A stretch of 64,000 bases of DNA, taken from Eledone cirrhosa. Lineage: Eukaryota. Shown here one piece after another: positions 1 through 13,059 of this stretch. The stretch is from positions 121,024,001-121,088,000 of the forward strand of contig OZ024741.1 of assembly GCA_964016885.1 (NCBI GenBank), in the 5' to 3' direction. Position 1 is the stretch's first letter, and the number at the start of each line of letters is the position of its first letter. The notes below the pieces were generated by a model. The model made no database searches. It saw only the letters and a list, made by a program, of their open reading frames with translations, and had not been told where the DNA came from. The position numbers and the translations under genes were made by a program.

Positions 1-410
1 GGCATCGGATCAGATGTCTGCATTATTAGTCAACCCTATCAGACTGCCTGTATCATCTGATTTGATCTGGCATCGGATCTGATGTCTGTATTATTAGTCA
101 ATACTTTCAGACTGCCTGTAATATCGGATCTGATCCAAGATCATATCTGATCTGACATCAGACACACCTACTTCCAATACACACCATCTGCTCTCAATAC
201 ACAGACACCTGCTCCCAAAACACAGACACCTGCTCCCAAAACACAGACACCTGCTCCCAATACACACACACACACCTACTTCCAATACACACAGACACCT
301 GCTCCCAATACACACAGTCACATGCTCCTAATACAGACACACACACACATACACACACACACACCTGCTCCCAATACACACACACACACACCTACCTGCA
401 ATACAGATTA
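1..410. repeat. 68-bp tandem duplication followed by a minisatellite of about 21 bp
   Basis: ggcatcggatc(a/t)gatgtctg... at 1 and 69; acacagacacctgctcccaa repeated 160-400. Confidence 0.85.
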
Positions 411-459
411 CACCTGTGGTTTAATTAAAGAACAAACAAAAGAATCATAATTACGTTAC

Positions 460-554
460 CTTTTCTCCTGAAACTCTGAGATAACTGCACTGCAATACCT
501 CCTAGGAGACACTATATTATCTAAGGGTTTCGGTTTCTGTCTGCTGGTAGTTTG
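460..554 (-). other. candidate antisense exon nested in a RASA3 intron
   Basis: - strand tttttccccttatatcag|CAAACT...GAGAAAAG|gtaacg; 95 nt; open as QTTSRQKPKPLDNIVSPRRYCSAVISEFQEK. Confidence 0.35.
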
Positions 555-1481
555 CTGATATAAGGGGAAAAATAATAATCTAAACTATAATAAAGGAAGG
601 TCTGCTGGATTGCATACGGTTTATTGTTTTTTATCCCGTTTGTAAAATAAGTTGGATTACTTTGAATAAATAATTGTTTCTACTTTTGGCACAAAGCCAG
701 CACATAACCAGTGCATTACTGGTACTTTATTTTATCAACCCCGGAAGGATGAAAGGCAAAGTTAACCTCGGCGGGATTTGAACTCAGATCATACAGAGAA
801 GTAACTCTATGCTTCAAAGCATGGCATCCGACCCTCTACCGATACTGCCAATCCACTTTGAATAAATAATGAATGAATATTACATAATTTATCTACTCAA
901 TTTCGTAAACAAAAATAATTTTGTAAAAATAAATAATTTCAATTTGACTTCTTTTCAAAGTTGCACTTCTGGTATATCGTCGCCACCACCACCACCACCA
1001 CCATTTCAACTACCATATATATAGAAAGAGAGAGTGTATGATGAGAGAGATATAGCGATTATGATTTTCTACATGCTGACGCGTATGATTGTGCACGTAC
1101 ATCTATATGTAGGTGTCACGACAAAAAACACACAGTCCACGCTGTAAATGTGGCCGTGTAGGCAACACGGTAAAAACCTCCCAGCCCCACACTGTAAATG
1201 TGGTTGGTGTTAGGAAGGGCATCCAGCTGTAGAAAACCCGCCAGACAGTCCACGCTGTAATGTGGCCGTGTAGGCAACATGGTAAAAACCTCCCAGCCCC
1301 ACACTGTAAATGTGGTTGGTGTTAGGAAGGGCATCCAACTGTAGAAAACCCGCCAGACAGTCCTATGCGAGCAAGACAACCACTCTTGCCTCAAGTGGGA
1401 AAACCCCCGTCCAAACCCATGCAAGCGTGGAACACGGACGCTAAACCTGATGATGATGATGATGATGATGATGAATCATAA

Positions 1482-1830
1482 TGGAGGCACATGGCTTAGT
1501 GGTTAGAGCATTGGCCTTGCAATCGAAAGGTTGTGAGTTCAATTCTCAGACCGGGTGATGTGTTGTTTCCTTGAGCAAGACACTTTATTTCACATTGCTC
1601 CAGTTTACTCAGCTGTAGAAATGAGATGATAGGGACTGGGGTCCCTATCATTCCACTGCAAAGTGGTCGTGGAGGTGCCACGGCAAAAAAGCACCCAGCA
1701 CTCACTGTAAATGAGGTTGGTGTTAGGAAGGGCATCCAGCTGTAGAAATCAAGCCAGAATCAGTTCCCATCCCACCCTTGCAAGCAGGGAAAAAGCAGAC
1801 GTAAAATGAAATGATGATGATGATGATGAA
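1482..1830 (+). mobile_element. tRNA-derived SINE with RTE-like tail; near-identical copy at 35829-36145
   Basis: A-box tggcttagtgg, B-box gagttcaattc, core ccttgagcaagacactt, 3' cccttgcaagcaggga...gacgtaaaatg(atg)n. Confidence 0.85.
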
Positions 1831-2303
1831 TCGCGCAAACACAAACTTACAAAAATACACTCTCACGGACATAATTCACACATATACACATACTTTCACA
1901 CAAATACACATACATTCACACACTTTCACACAAATACACATACATTCACACTTGCCTCCCACCGTAGATGACCTGTCTAATCCATGCAAGTGTGGAAATA
2001 TTGATGTTAAACGGTGATGATGATGATGATGATGATATATGCAAAAGGCAAACAGAACTAAAAGGGCAAACAACACAGTACAAAGAAGAAATATATTAGT
2101 TTTACGCTTGATATAGGAAGAAAAGAGTCTTAAACGTTTTATTGAGGATGATGCTATATATACCATGTTTAAAATAGATACAGTGGATCCCTATGTGTTG
2201 TAAAAATCCCTTCTTTTAAATATCAATTTTAAAGTATTTATGAGAACACAGAATAATAACAAATGATAAGTTGTTTTAAAAGATGATTTCTTATCATTGA
2301 CAG

Positions 2304-2427
2304 GAACACCTGAAGTCATATATAGATAAAATGTTTCGAGCAATAACAACGTCGGGGTTTGCTTGTCCACAAGTGATGTGTGAAGTTTTTTACACATTGA
2401 AGGAGGCAGCCAGAAAACACTTCCCAG
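2304..2427 (+). CDS. RASA3: RASA3/GAP1-like exon (RasGAP domain); first RASA3 exon found in the window, gene starts upstream
   Basis: ttgacag|GAA...CCAG|gtattt; 124 nt, phase 0 to 1; encodes EHLKSYIDKMFRAITTSGFACPQVMCEVFYTLKEAARKHFP, matching recalled human RASA3 [40 protein letters not shown]. Confidence 0.93.
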
Positions 2428-2459
2428 GTATTTCAAACTTTTCAATTTTGTTTAGTCAG

Positions 2460-2900
2460 TACTGGTGGCATTATAAAAAATGCTCAGTCTACTCTGTAAA
2501 ATGGCAGTGCCAACGCTATGATAAAATGCTTCCTATACACTTTGTAAAGTGTTAGTGTTGGTGCCATGGTAAATGTTCTCAGTTCACCCTGTCAGGTGGT
2601 AGTGCTTGTGTCACAATAAAATGCTCTCAGTCCACTCTGTAAAGTTGTGAGTACTGGTGCCATGATAAAAAGCACCCAGTCCACTCTGTAAAGTTGTAAT
2701 ACTGACACCATGATAAAAATGCTCTCAGTACACTCTGTAATGTGGTAGTGCTGGTTCCATGATGAAAAGTACCCAGTACATTTTATAAAGTGATAGTGCC
2801 ATGATAAAAAGCACCCAGTCCACGCTGTAAACTGATAGTCATGTTGTCATGTAAAATACACTCAGTACTCGCTATAAAGTGGTTGGTGTTAGAAAAAGCA
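2460..2900. repeat. degenerate minisatellite (about 43-45 bp) derived from SINE body
   Basis: Repeated actctgtaaagtggtagtgctggtgccatgataaaaagcacccagt. Confidence 0.8.
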
Positions 2901-4095
2901 TCCTGCTGTAGGAACTATACTAAAAATGAAACATGTGCCTGGGAATAAGACAAGCCCTCTAACCTATCTATGCAAGCATGGAAAATAGATGTTAACTGGT
3001 GATGATGATGATTATGATAAATCAGAAAGAGAGTGATGTGTAAGCAGCAAACTCTGCTAAAGGCACCAAAATACCAGGTTATACTTAAACCTTTTGATAC
3101 TAAACTGCCAGAAAATGGTTCAGATTATATTATACAAAACAGTAAATTTTATGTAAGAACATTTGTTGAGTTATGTCCAAAATACTAGCTTTACTCTAAA
3201 TGTCCTTCCTAATCTGTATGAAAAACACATTAACAAGACATTCTTGAAAAAGTACAAAACTACTATGACTGCATTGCGGACACCATGATTTGACGCATAG
3301 AGTTACGGCCCTTGCCATTCTGAGTTCAAATCCCGCCGAGGTTAACTTTGCCTTTCATCCTTGCGGGGTCGATAAAATAAAGTACCAGTAATGCACTGGA
3401 TAATTGCTGGCTTTGTGCCAAAAGTAGAAACAATTATATAATGTATTGTACCTGTAATTCAGAGGGCTAGTCTTGTTATACTATGTTACACTGAATCTCC
3501 TTGAAAACTATGTATCATTGGAAAACTATGTATCATTGAAAACTATGTATCATTGGAATGCTCAGTCACTTGCACGTTAATTTCATGAGCAGGCTGTACC
3601 TTTAGTCAGACAACTGGAACACTTGTTGAAACCAGCTGTGTCAAAGACATGACAGCTGCCCTAATTCTGGTGTCATGATAAAATGCACCTGGTGCATTCT
3701 GTAGAGTATGGGTACATATGTGAGCAAGATACAGCCTCTGGCCAGTCGGAGACATCAGCAGCTCTGTTCAACCCTTGTTAACTGGGAAAAAGGACATTAA
3801 CCCTTTAGCATTTACATTACTCTATATATACTATTATATTTTCACGGTAAAGGCTTTACTTCATATAATTATCTCACATAATATCGAATCTATGAGGTTT
3901 TGATATTATTTATTTTGAAAACACTACCTTAACATCAATATGAGCAGCTGGTTACAGCCAGTTTGAACAGAAAGAGGTGAGAGAATTCTGGCTGGATACA
4001 GCCAGTTTAAATGCTAAATGTTGATGATGATAGTTATCTTGGCATCTTTACCAATGTTCACTTTCATCCAATTGATATTTATCTTTCATCTTCAG

Positions 4096-4202
4096 ATAAT
4101 CGAGAAGTTCGATACCAAGTTGTTAGTGGGTTTGTCTTCCTCCGGTTTTTTGCCCCTGCAATTTTAGGTCCAAAACTTTTTGAGCTACGAACCAACATGC
4201 AG
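4096..4202 (+). CDS. RASA3: RASA3-like exon with RasGAP FLR signature
   Basis: ttcag|AT...CAG|gtgaga; 107 nt, phase 1 to 0; [36 protein letters not shown] contains the FLRxxxPAxxxP RasGAP motif. Confidence 0.96.
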
Positions 4203-5909
4203 GTGAGAATTTCTTCAAATGATAACTTTTGCGGTTTTTAAAATTTTTTTTACAAACATAAGCACAAACATGGTTGTCTGGTTTTGTGTCCACTCCTCCT
4301 GTGTGGCACTTTGGGCAAGTGTCTTTCTTTTATTATAGCCTTGGGTTGACCAATAGCTTGTCAGTAAAATTTGATGATGGAAACTGCAGAAGCCTGTTGT
4401 TGAGTGATGGAGTGTTTGTATTTGAATTGGAGCGATTGAGTGAAGTACTTGAGTGAATGATGGAGAGTTTGAGTGATGAAGTGTTTTGAGTGATTGAGTG
4501 ACGTGCTTGTGTGAATGATGGAGCATTTGTTTGAGTTTACAACGATGATGATATATATGTATATATACATACAGTGTATATATACATACAGTGTATATAC
4601 CATGTATTCTCGTGTATAAGTCACCCCTTTCTCCATAGAAATACAATATGAGTAACTAGTTTGTGCCTCATCTACTGGATCTACAACACATCAGTTCAGA
4701 ATATATGGTATATTGTAAATATTGCATGTAAAATGGAGGTGTGACTTATACATGAATATATGAAAAAATGTGATGAAATGAAATTTACAGGTGATATCTA
4801 TGCAGACTTAGGTGGCTTCCTCTAAAGCTGTGTCTTGTAGGAGGTTTATGGGGGTATTTTAATGATAGGAACAACAGTTCTATCAGGAAAAGCAATGTCA
4901 AATGAAGCATCTTGCTCAAGAATAGAATGTGCCACTCTGTCCAGGAATCAAACCCATGGCTTTATGTTCATGAGTCCAACACCATAACCACTTGGCCACA
5001 TGCCTTCATGGTACATTGTAAATTGTAAATGCTATATGTAAAATGGAGGAGATATTTTAATATATATGGCACCTTGTAAATGTTCAATTAGCAGTAGCAA
5101 CAACTTAACATGATTCATAATAGAGATATATATGGAGACATATATAATATGTTTATGTATAATAAACATATATAAGTCTCACTATAAATATTTTAAGATG
5201 TGATCATGTATATCACATGGCTACTGAGATAGCTGTGACTTGATCACAGCTTAAAACATACATAACAAGACTTATTGGATTGGCAGTATTGGTAGAGCAT
5301 TGGTCAATATGCTTTGTGGTATAGAGTTGTGGCCCTTTATGTTCTGAGTTCAAATTCTGCCGATGTAGGCTTTGCCTTTCATCCTCACTGGGTCGGTAAA
5401 ATAAAACATTGGTAATGCACTGGGGGTCGATTTAATCAACATTCCCCTCCCCCTCAAAATTTTTGGCCTTGTGCCTAAATCAAAAACTATTATTTACAAA
5501 TATATTGTATATGCCTCGTTATACACCTCTGTTGTAATTGTTGTATTTATGGAGGAGTGGCATGTATACACTGGTATATATAAGGTGGCAAATTGGCAGA
5601 GTCGTTAGAACATTAGATAGAATGTTCTCTGAGTTCAAATTCCGTTGAGGTCCACTTTGCCTTTCATCCTTTCGAGGTTGGTAAAAAAAGTAATGGGGTC
5701 GATTTTTTCTCTCTCTGGAAGAAATCTGCTATAATCAGGCCTGGAGAGGGATGGACTCCACCAGGCTTAAAATGCCCAAGAAATGCTGTACATGAATATG
5801 GCATCCCTATGACTCTATCAGGATTTACAGGACCATACATATATGGTAAGTGTTGAATATCTAAGCTAACCTGGAAATATATATTGAAGTGCTTTGTTTC
5901 TTTTGCCAG

Positions 5910-5987
5910 GATGCAATGACCAACAGAGCCTTAACTCTCATCTCTAAAGCAATACAAGGACTTGGAAATCTAGTCAGCTCTCGCTCA
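5910..5987 (+). CDS. RASA3: RASA3-like exon (RasGAP C-terminal helix)
   Basis: ttttgccag|GAT...TCA|gtaagt; 78 nt; DAMTNRALTLISKAIQGLGNLVSSRS (compare RTLTLISKTVQTLG). Confidence 0.95.
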
Positions 5988-6009
5988 GTAAGTAATGCTT
6001 CATTTATAT

Positions 6010-6280
6010 CTATATTTACCTATCTGTGATGTATATCTACTTATCTTTGATGTATATCTACCTATCTGTGATGTATATTTACTTATATTTGATGTATATC
6101 TACCTGTCTTTGATGTATATCTACATATTTGATGAATATTTACCTGTTTGGTGTATATCTACATGTTTGATGTATATTTACCTATGTTTAATGTATACTT
6201 ACCTATGTTTGATGTATATCTACATGTCTGATGTATATTTACCTATATTTAATGTATATCTACATATGTTTAATGTACTG
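6010..6280. repeat. minisatellite of about 20-21 bp filling the short intron
   Basis: tgatgtatat(c/t)tacct(a/g)t(c/t)t repeated. Confidence 0.85.
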
Positions 6281-6367
6281 TTGTAGTTGCTGCTACTGCA
6301 GCTGTTGTTTTTTTACTATGCTGAATTTTATATATAAACTTTCATTCTCCCTCTCTTTTGATTTTAG

Positions 6368-6451
6368 CATTCCTTTGGGCTCAAGGAAGACTACATGGTC
6401 CCACTTTTTCAATATTTGTCAGGAGAGCAGCATATTGACAGCGTTAAAAAG
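6368..6451 (+). CDS. RASA3: RASA3-like exon (KExYM motif)
   Basis: ttttag|CAT...AAG|gtagca; 84 nt; HSFGLKEDYMVPLFQYLSGEQHIDSVKK. Confidence 0.92.
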
Positions 6452-6561
6452 GTAGCATGCATTATCATCACACATACATAGACTCACACACACATTTAGA
6501 TAAACAGACACATCCACCCAGACACACACACACAGACACATGCACACTCACACACATACAG

Positions 6562-6595
<34 letters not shown>

Positions 6596-7029
6596 ACATC
6601 ATCGGCATTACTTTACACCCGCTTTTCATGCTTGTATGGTTTGGGAACCATATCACACTTGTATGTTCCAATATTTGGCATAGATTCTATGCTTACGTGT
6701 GTGTGTGTGAGAGAGAGAGAGAGAAAGTGTGTGAAAGAGAGAGAGACAGAGACAGAAATAAATTACTTTAGCAATTCTAAGGTTTATTCTTAGAAAATCT
6801 AAAAAATCCCAAACACAGAAATAACTGTAAAAACAGTTGATCTTTATAAATAATAGCTTAGAAAATCAGATAAAACACCCCTAATGATGTTGTTTAGTTC
6901 AATGGTACAGAGTGCTCAGCTGGAATTTGTGAGGTACAGAGTTCAACTCCCTGAGCGGCTACTGACCACTTTTGTTTCCATCTATTGGGATATTTTACCT
7001 GATTTTATAAGATATTATTTATAGCAAGG

Positions 7030-7680
7030 ACGGTAGATTGGCAGTACTGCTAGAGTATTGGAGAACATACTTTTGCAGCATGTAGTTATGTCACTTCATG
7101 TTCCGAGTTTAAATCCCATCGAGGTTAGCTTTGCCTTTTATCCTTACGGTGTTGATAAAATAAAGTATGAGCAATGTACTGGGGTCAATTTAATTGACTT
7201 CCCCTTCCCCCAAATTGTTGGCCTGGTGCCTAAATCAGAAACAATATTTATAGCAAGGGTATTCGATTGGCAGTATCGGTGGAGCATCGGACAATTTGCT
7301 TTGTGGCATGTAGTTACGTCCTTTTATGTTCTGAGTTCAAATCTTGCCGAGGTTAGCTTTTCCTTTCATCCTTATGGGATTGATAAAATAAAGTACCAGT
7401 AATGCACTGTGGTCAATTTAATCGGTTTTCCCCACCCGAAAATTGTTGGCATTGTGCCTAAATCAGAAGCCATTATTTATTGCAGTGAATTGGCAGTATC
7501 AGTAGAGGGTCGAACACCATGCTTTGACGCATAGAGTTACGGCCCTTGCCATTATGAGTTCAAATCCCGCCGAGGTTGACTTTGCCTTTCATCCTTACGG
7601 GGTCGATAAAATAAAGTACCAGTAATACACTGGGATAATTGCTGGCCTTGTGCCAAAAGTAGAAACAATTATTTATTGCA
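7030..7680 (+). mobile_element. tandem cluster of the dominant tRNA-SINE family
   Basis: Repeated ttggcagtatcggtagag...gagttcaaatcccgccgaggttaactttgcctttcatccttacggggtcgataaaataaagtaccag. Other copies include 675-855, 3300-3435, 37065-37250, 48308-48475, 52915-53320, 61470-62170 and 63872-64000. Confidence 0.85.
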
Positions 7681-7798
7681 ATTGACTAAGTTCACATTTA
7701 TTTCTGTATTTGAGATTTTCTACATTTTCTAAGAATTTCAATCGATCCAACACTGGTTTATCTACAAAATGGTACATCTCAGACCTCTGTACTTTCAG

Positions 7799-7872
7799 TT
7801 CTTGGATATTATATCATCAGGCTCAAGGGTGTCAATAAGAGATATTGAAGCTCCAACAATATTGAAGGAAGG
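7799..7872 (+). CDS. RASA3: RASA3-like exon (end of GAP domain, start of PH domain)
   Basis: ctttcag|TTC...GG|gtgagt; 74 nt, phase 0 to 2; FLDIISSGSRVSIRDIEAPTILKEG. Confidence 0.94.
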
Positions 7873-7881
7873 GTGAGTTAC

Positions 7882-7939
7882 TTATCATTGTCGTTGTCAT
7901 CGCCGCCGCCACCACCACCACCACCACCACCACCATCAC

Positions 7940-7975
<36 letters not shown>

Positions 7976-8445
7976 TGTCGTCATCATCATTGTCATCATT
8001 GTTGTCATCATCATTGTCATCATTGTCATTGTTGTATTTGTCATCATCATCATCGTCGTCGTCGTCGTCGTCGTTGTCATTTGTTGTCAACATCATCGTT
8101 GTCGTCATTATTGTTGTCATCATCATTGTCATCATCATCATTGTCATTGTCATCATCATCATCATGATCGTCGTCATTGTCATCGTCATCATCATCATCG
8201 TCATCATCATCATTGTCGTTATCGTCATCATCGCCGTCATCATCATCATCATCATCATCATTGTCGTTATCGTCATCATCGTCGTCATCATCATCATCAT
8301 CATCATCATTGTCGTTATCGTCATCATCATCGTCATCATCATCATCGTCATTGTCGTTATCGTCATTATCGTCGTCATCATCATCGTCATTATAGTTGTT
8401 ATCATCATCACCGTCATCATTGCCATCTTCATCTTCATTATCATT
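7882..8445. repeat. long compound (CAT/CGT/CAC)n trinucleotide tract
   Basis: Direct inspection; starts about 10 nt after the exon donor and runs into a reverse SINE/RTE tail. Confidence 0.95.
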
Positions 8446-9620
8446 TTTATATTCACTTTTCCATGCTGGCATGGGTTGGATGGGTTGGTTTGAGGCAATG
8501 TTTTACAGCCAGATGCTCTTCTTGATGCCAACCTTTTTTGTTGCCTCATACGACATTATGACATGCAGGGATACAGTGTACCTATTCTAAAAACTGGGAT
8601 ACACTCCCACACACACACCCACATGCATACATACCCACATACATACACACACCTACATAAATACACATATATACATACACATGTATACCCATATGCATAC
8701 ACATATATACCCACATGCATACATACACACACATATCCACATTTCCACACACACATACAATAATCTTTTTTCATAATATTTATACCTTTTTCTGTGGATG
8801 CAGCATGGCTAAATGGTTAAGAGGTTTACTTCACAATCATTAGTTCTGGATTCAATCACACTTCGTGGCATCTCAGGCAAGTGTCATTTACCATAGTATC
8901 AGGTTGACCTAAGATTTTATAGTGAAATTGGGAAGACAGAAACTATGGAACCCAGTTGGATGAACTATACTTGTAATTTAAACAGCCAGCCTTGTCACAC
9001 AATGTCATGCTGAATCCCTGAGGATTACATAGGGGTTTAAGTGTCTGAGAACACTTAGTCATTTATATTGTAATATATGATGGATTGTATCTGTAATTCA
9101 AAGGGTCAGCTTTGTCACATACTGTGTTATGCTGATTCTCCCTGAGAATATCATTATAGGGATATGTATCTAGGGAATGTACAGTCACTTACATTATAAA
9201 ACAGAATGGACTGTACCTGTAATTCAAATTTCCAGTATTGTTACACACTGTCATACCGAATCTCCCTGAGAATTACATTAAGGTTTACCTGCCTGTGGAA
9301 CACTCAGTCATTTATATTGTAATATAAGATGGATTGAACCTGTACTTCAAACACACACTGTGTCACACTAAATCTCTCAGAGAATTACATTACTTACACA
9401 TTAATTTCATGAGCAGTCTGTTTCGTTGATCAAACAACTGGAACACCCATCAGCAAAACCATTTGAAATTGTAATATTTTTCCACTAATGGAGGAGGGCA
9501 AATGGTTTTAGGTGAACTAGAAGCATTGACTGCAACAGTCAACTGTTTTTCTTTATATATCTGTATATTCCCTGATGATTTCTTCTGATCAGTAATGTTG
9601 TTTTTCTTATATGTTAATAG

Positions 9621-9727
9621 TATGATGATCAAAAGGGCACAAGGACGAGGTATTTTTGGTGTGAAGAACTTCAAACGTCGTTATCTCTGCTTAACAAATC
9701 AAAGCCTATTCTACTCCCGAGAAAAAG
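9621..9727 (+). CDS. RASA3: RASA3-like exon, PH domain strands 1-3
   Basis: taatag|T...G|gtaagt; 107 nt, phase 2 to 1; [35 protein letters not shown] (compare [25 protein letters not shown]). Confidence 0.96.
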
Positions 9728-10736
9728 GTAAGTATTTTGCTAAATATTTTTTAACCTTTTTGTTCCCTCGGTAAGCAAGATGTAGCTTAAAATTACGATG
9801 GACAGTTTTTAGAGAAATATAAGTTAAAATTTATTTAATAAAATTGTATTATATCAATAATAATGGTTTTTGATTTAGGCACCAGGCCAACAATTTTGTG
9901 AGAGAAGTTAATTAAGTCACCTCAGAGTGTTTCTTGTATTTTATTTTATTGACCTGCTAAGGATGAAAGGCATAGCTAACCTTGGTAGGATTTGAACTCA
10001 GATTGTAAAGGGACATAACTAGATGCCACAAAATATGCTGTCTGACACTCTAGCGTTATTGCCAATCCATCACCATTTTTATATCAATAATAATAGTTTC
10101 TGATTTAAGCACAAGGCCAACAATTAAATCGACATCAGTGCATTAATGGTACTTTATTTTATCAACCCTGTACGGAAGAAAGGTAAAGCTAATCTCAGCT
10201 GAATTTGAACTCAGAATGTAAAGGGGCATAACTCTGTGCTGCAAAGCATATCTGATGCCCAACTCATATTGATGAATAATATAATTTGAGAGGTTCTGTA
10301 TGTTAAAAATAATACAAAAAGTTAGTCTGTCCTTAGCCCTGAGGCTTATCAGGCTGAAGCTTATCCTAGTTTCATGAATCATTAAGTGATTGAGAATACA
10401 TGACTACCCCTGGATGGATGCTAGTGTGTTGTAGCGTTTATCCCCAGCTGATCCTGGAATCAAATCTTTGATGGGATGACTGTAAGACCAGACTCCCTAG
10501 GTTATGCACCTTTACAATGTCTAGTATAAAGCCCCTTTCAGTCATGATTGACCATGTGTGTGTACCTGGACAGTTGCTCTCCAAGGCATGAGGCCAGGTA
10601 AGGTGTTTTATAGAAGACCAGTAGTCATCTATACATACACATATCAGTCTCCATGTCACTGTTGTTGTCCAAGAGAAAGACAAAGGCCAATACAACTTGG
10701 CACTGGTGACATCACAAATCATATATATGTATATAA

Positions 10737-11995
10737 GTGTTATAGCACAACTAATCAGGGACAGAATCAAGTTAGATGAGATGCAGTTTGGATTTATGCC
10801 AGGTAGGGGTACTATTGATGTCCTCTTTGTGGTGAGACAACTACAGGAGAGGTATTTAGCTAAGAGTAAGCCACTGTATCTAGCATTTATAGATTTAGAG
10901 AAGGCCTTTGACAGGGTCCCATGCTCTATAATCTTGTGGACATTTAGGAAGTTATGTGGGGGTCCACCAGGGATCAATTCTCATCCACTCCTTTTTATTA
11001 TGGTACTTCAGGCCATCACTGAAGAGTTTAAAACTGGCACTCTATGGGAGCTCCTATATGCTGATGACCTAGTCCTCATAGCTGAATCCGTAGGAGAATT
11101 AGGGGCAAAATTTCAATCATAGAATAAGAACCTAGAGTTGAAAGGTCTAAAAGTCTTAATAAATAGAAAAGAAGACAAGAAGGTGATACCATCAGGAAAG
11201 TGACCTTGTTCAATATGTCGGAAAGGGGTGGGCAGAAATTCCATAAGGTGCACACAATGTAAATTATGGATGCACAAGAGATATAGTGGAATTGCAGGTA
11301 TGCTAACAGAAAAGATAGACTTTATATGTGGCTGATGCACAGTGGAAGTGAGCACAAAGAACACACATGAAATAGATTCCCTCAGCTGCCAGGGGAGCTC
11401 TCTAGAAGTTGTTGACAGCTTTTGATACCTAAGTGATCAAATTAGTAGTGGGGGAGGATGTACTGAAAGTGTTATAGGATAAGAACAGGTTGGAAGAAGT
11501 TTAGAGATTTATTACTGATGTTAACAACAAAATGCTTTTCTCTTAGAGTGAAAGGTAGACTGTATGATGCCTGTGTGCTAACTTAATGCTACATGGCAGT
11601 GAAACATGGGCCTTGACTGTGGAAGACGTGTGGAGTCTAGAGAGAAATGAGTTGAGTATGCTCCAATGGATGTGTAATGTTATTGTGCAGGAATGGCATA
11701 GTATAAGCACACAGAGAAAAACTTGGCCGAAGAGGAATTGGATGTAGTGTGCAAGAGAGAAGACTGCATTGGTATGGACATGTGATGTGCATGGAAGATA
11801 GCTGCTGCATAAATAAATGCAGAGAAACTCCAGTGGCTGGAACGTGTGGAAGAGGCAGGCCCAGGAAGACATGGGATGAGGTTACGAAGACTGACCTTAA
11901 AAAACTAAACCTCGCAACAGAAATAACTAAAGACCATAAGGGCTGGTGCTATGCAGTGCTGAAGAAGGCCCGACCTGCAGCATACAATGTGACCT
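10737..11995 (+). mobile_element. RTE-clade LINE fragment (reverse transcriptase, decayed)
   Basis: ORF QFGFMPGRGTIDVLF...FIDLEKAFDRVP...LLYADDLVLIAES, then RRLHWYGHVM...GRGRPRKTW; frameshifts and stops. Confidence 0.92.
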
Positions 11996-12976
11996 GACCT
12001 ACCCAATGTCCCCCCTCCCACTAGCATTCCCTAACAGTTATTCTCAACATCATTACTTCAACACTGTGTGTGTCTGCTTCCACATTCCTAGCAGCTGTCC
12101 CTGTGTGAAGTCATTGGTGATAAGAAGGGCATTTAGCTATGGAGAGCTCGCTCAACAAAGAGTCGGGAGGACCTTTCAGTGTGTCAAGGACACGGCAGCC
12201 TCCCTTGTGTTGGTGATCTAAACTATAAACACATCCAGTACACAGTGTAAAGTGGTTGGTGATAAGCAGGTCATCCAGCCATAGAAAGCTTGTCAGACAA
12301 AGGGTCAAGAGAACCCTTCAGTTGTGTCAAGGATATGACAGCCTCCCGGAAAGACGAGGAACAATATGGGCAGGGTTAATAGAGAGAGCCTTAAAACAAA
12401 ACAAAGTTATCAGATTTGAAAAAGTGAAGTAGATTAATGAATGAACAGGTAGTTGGGAGAAAGACAAGTAATTTTACATTAATTGCAGCTTTTCCAAGCA
12501 TCAGTGATAGAATCAGATGAATCGAGGAAAAATATATATCATCATCATCACCATTTAACATTACCTTTTGCATGCTAGCAATATATATATATATATACTA
12601 TATAAGCACCAGTATTCACTATATATGATGTTGTCCAAGGGAAAGGCAAAGATCAATACTGCTTGACACCAGTGACATCACAATTCTCCTTTTCTAGCTG
12701 AGTGAACTGGAGCAATATGAAATAAACTGGTTTGCTCAAACACACCAGGTATTGCTTTCTCTAGGAATCTAACTTAACCATTTTACACTCTTGAGTCCAA
12801 TACTGTAACCACTAGGTAGTGCAGCTTCACAGTGTGTTACCTGGTCCAGGAATCAAACCCACAACCATACAATAATGACCCCAACACCCTAAACACTGTG
12901 CTACATGGTTTCACTGTCTTTTGAAACATTATTTATTCTTTTGATTCAGTCTTTGTTTGATATTTATTTTTTGTAG

Positions 12977-13059
12977 GAGATGAAGTTTTATGTGAAATCC
13001 CCATCCATAACATATGGGCAGTAGAACGGTTACAAGAGGAGTCGTTTAAAATGAAATAT
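12977..13059 (+). CDS. RASA3: RASA3-like exon, PH domain
   Basis: ttttgtag|GA...TAT|gtaagt; 83 nt, phase 1 to 0; GDEVLCEIPIHNIWAVERLQEESFKMKY. Confidence 0.96.

Noticed and set aside
396-459. 46-nt GT-AG intron plus 18-nt exon following the antisense exon candidate
   Set aside because: Intron is implausibly short and runs into a minisatellite; no supporting evidence.
7832-8590. Long ORFs of poly-Ser/Ile/Met/Asp
   Set aside because: Translation of a (CAT)n-type microsatellite inside a RASA3 intron; no coding signal.
10697-11122. Reverse transcriptase ORF as a functional or domesticated gene
   Set aside because: Internally deleted and frameshifted copy of a multi-copy RTE LINE.
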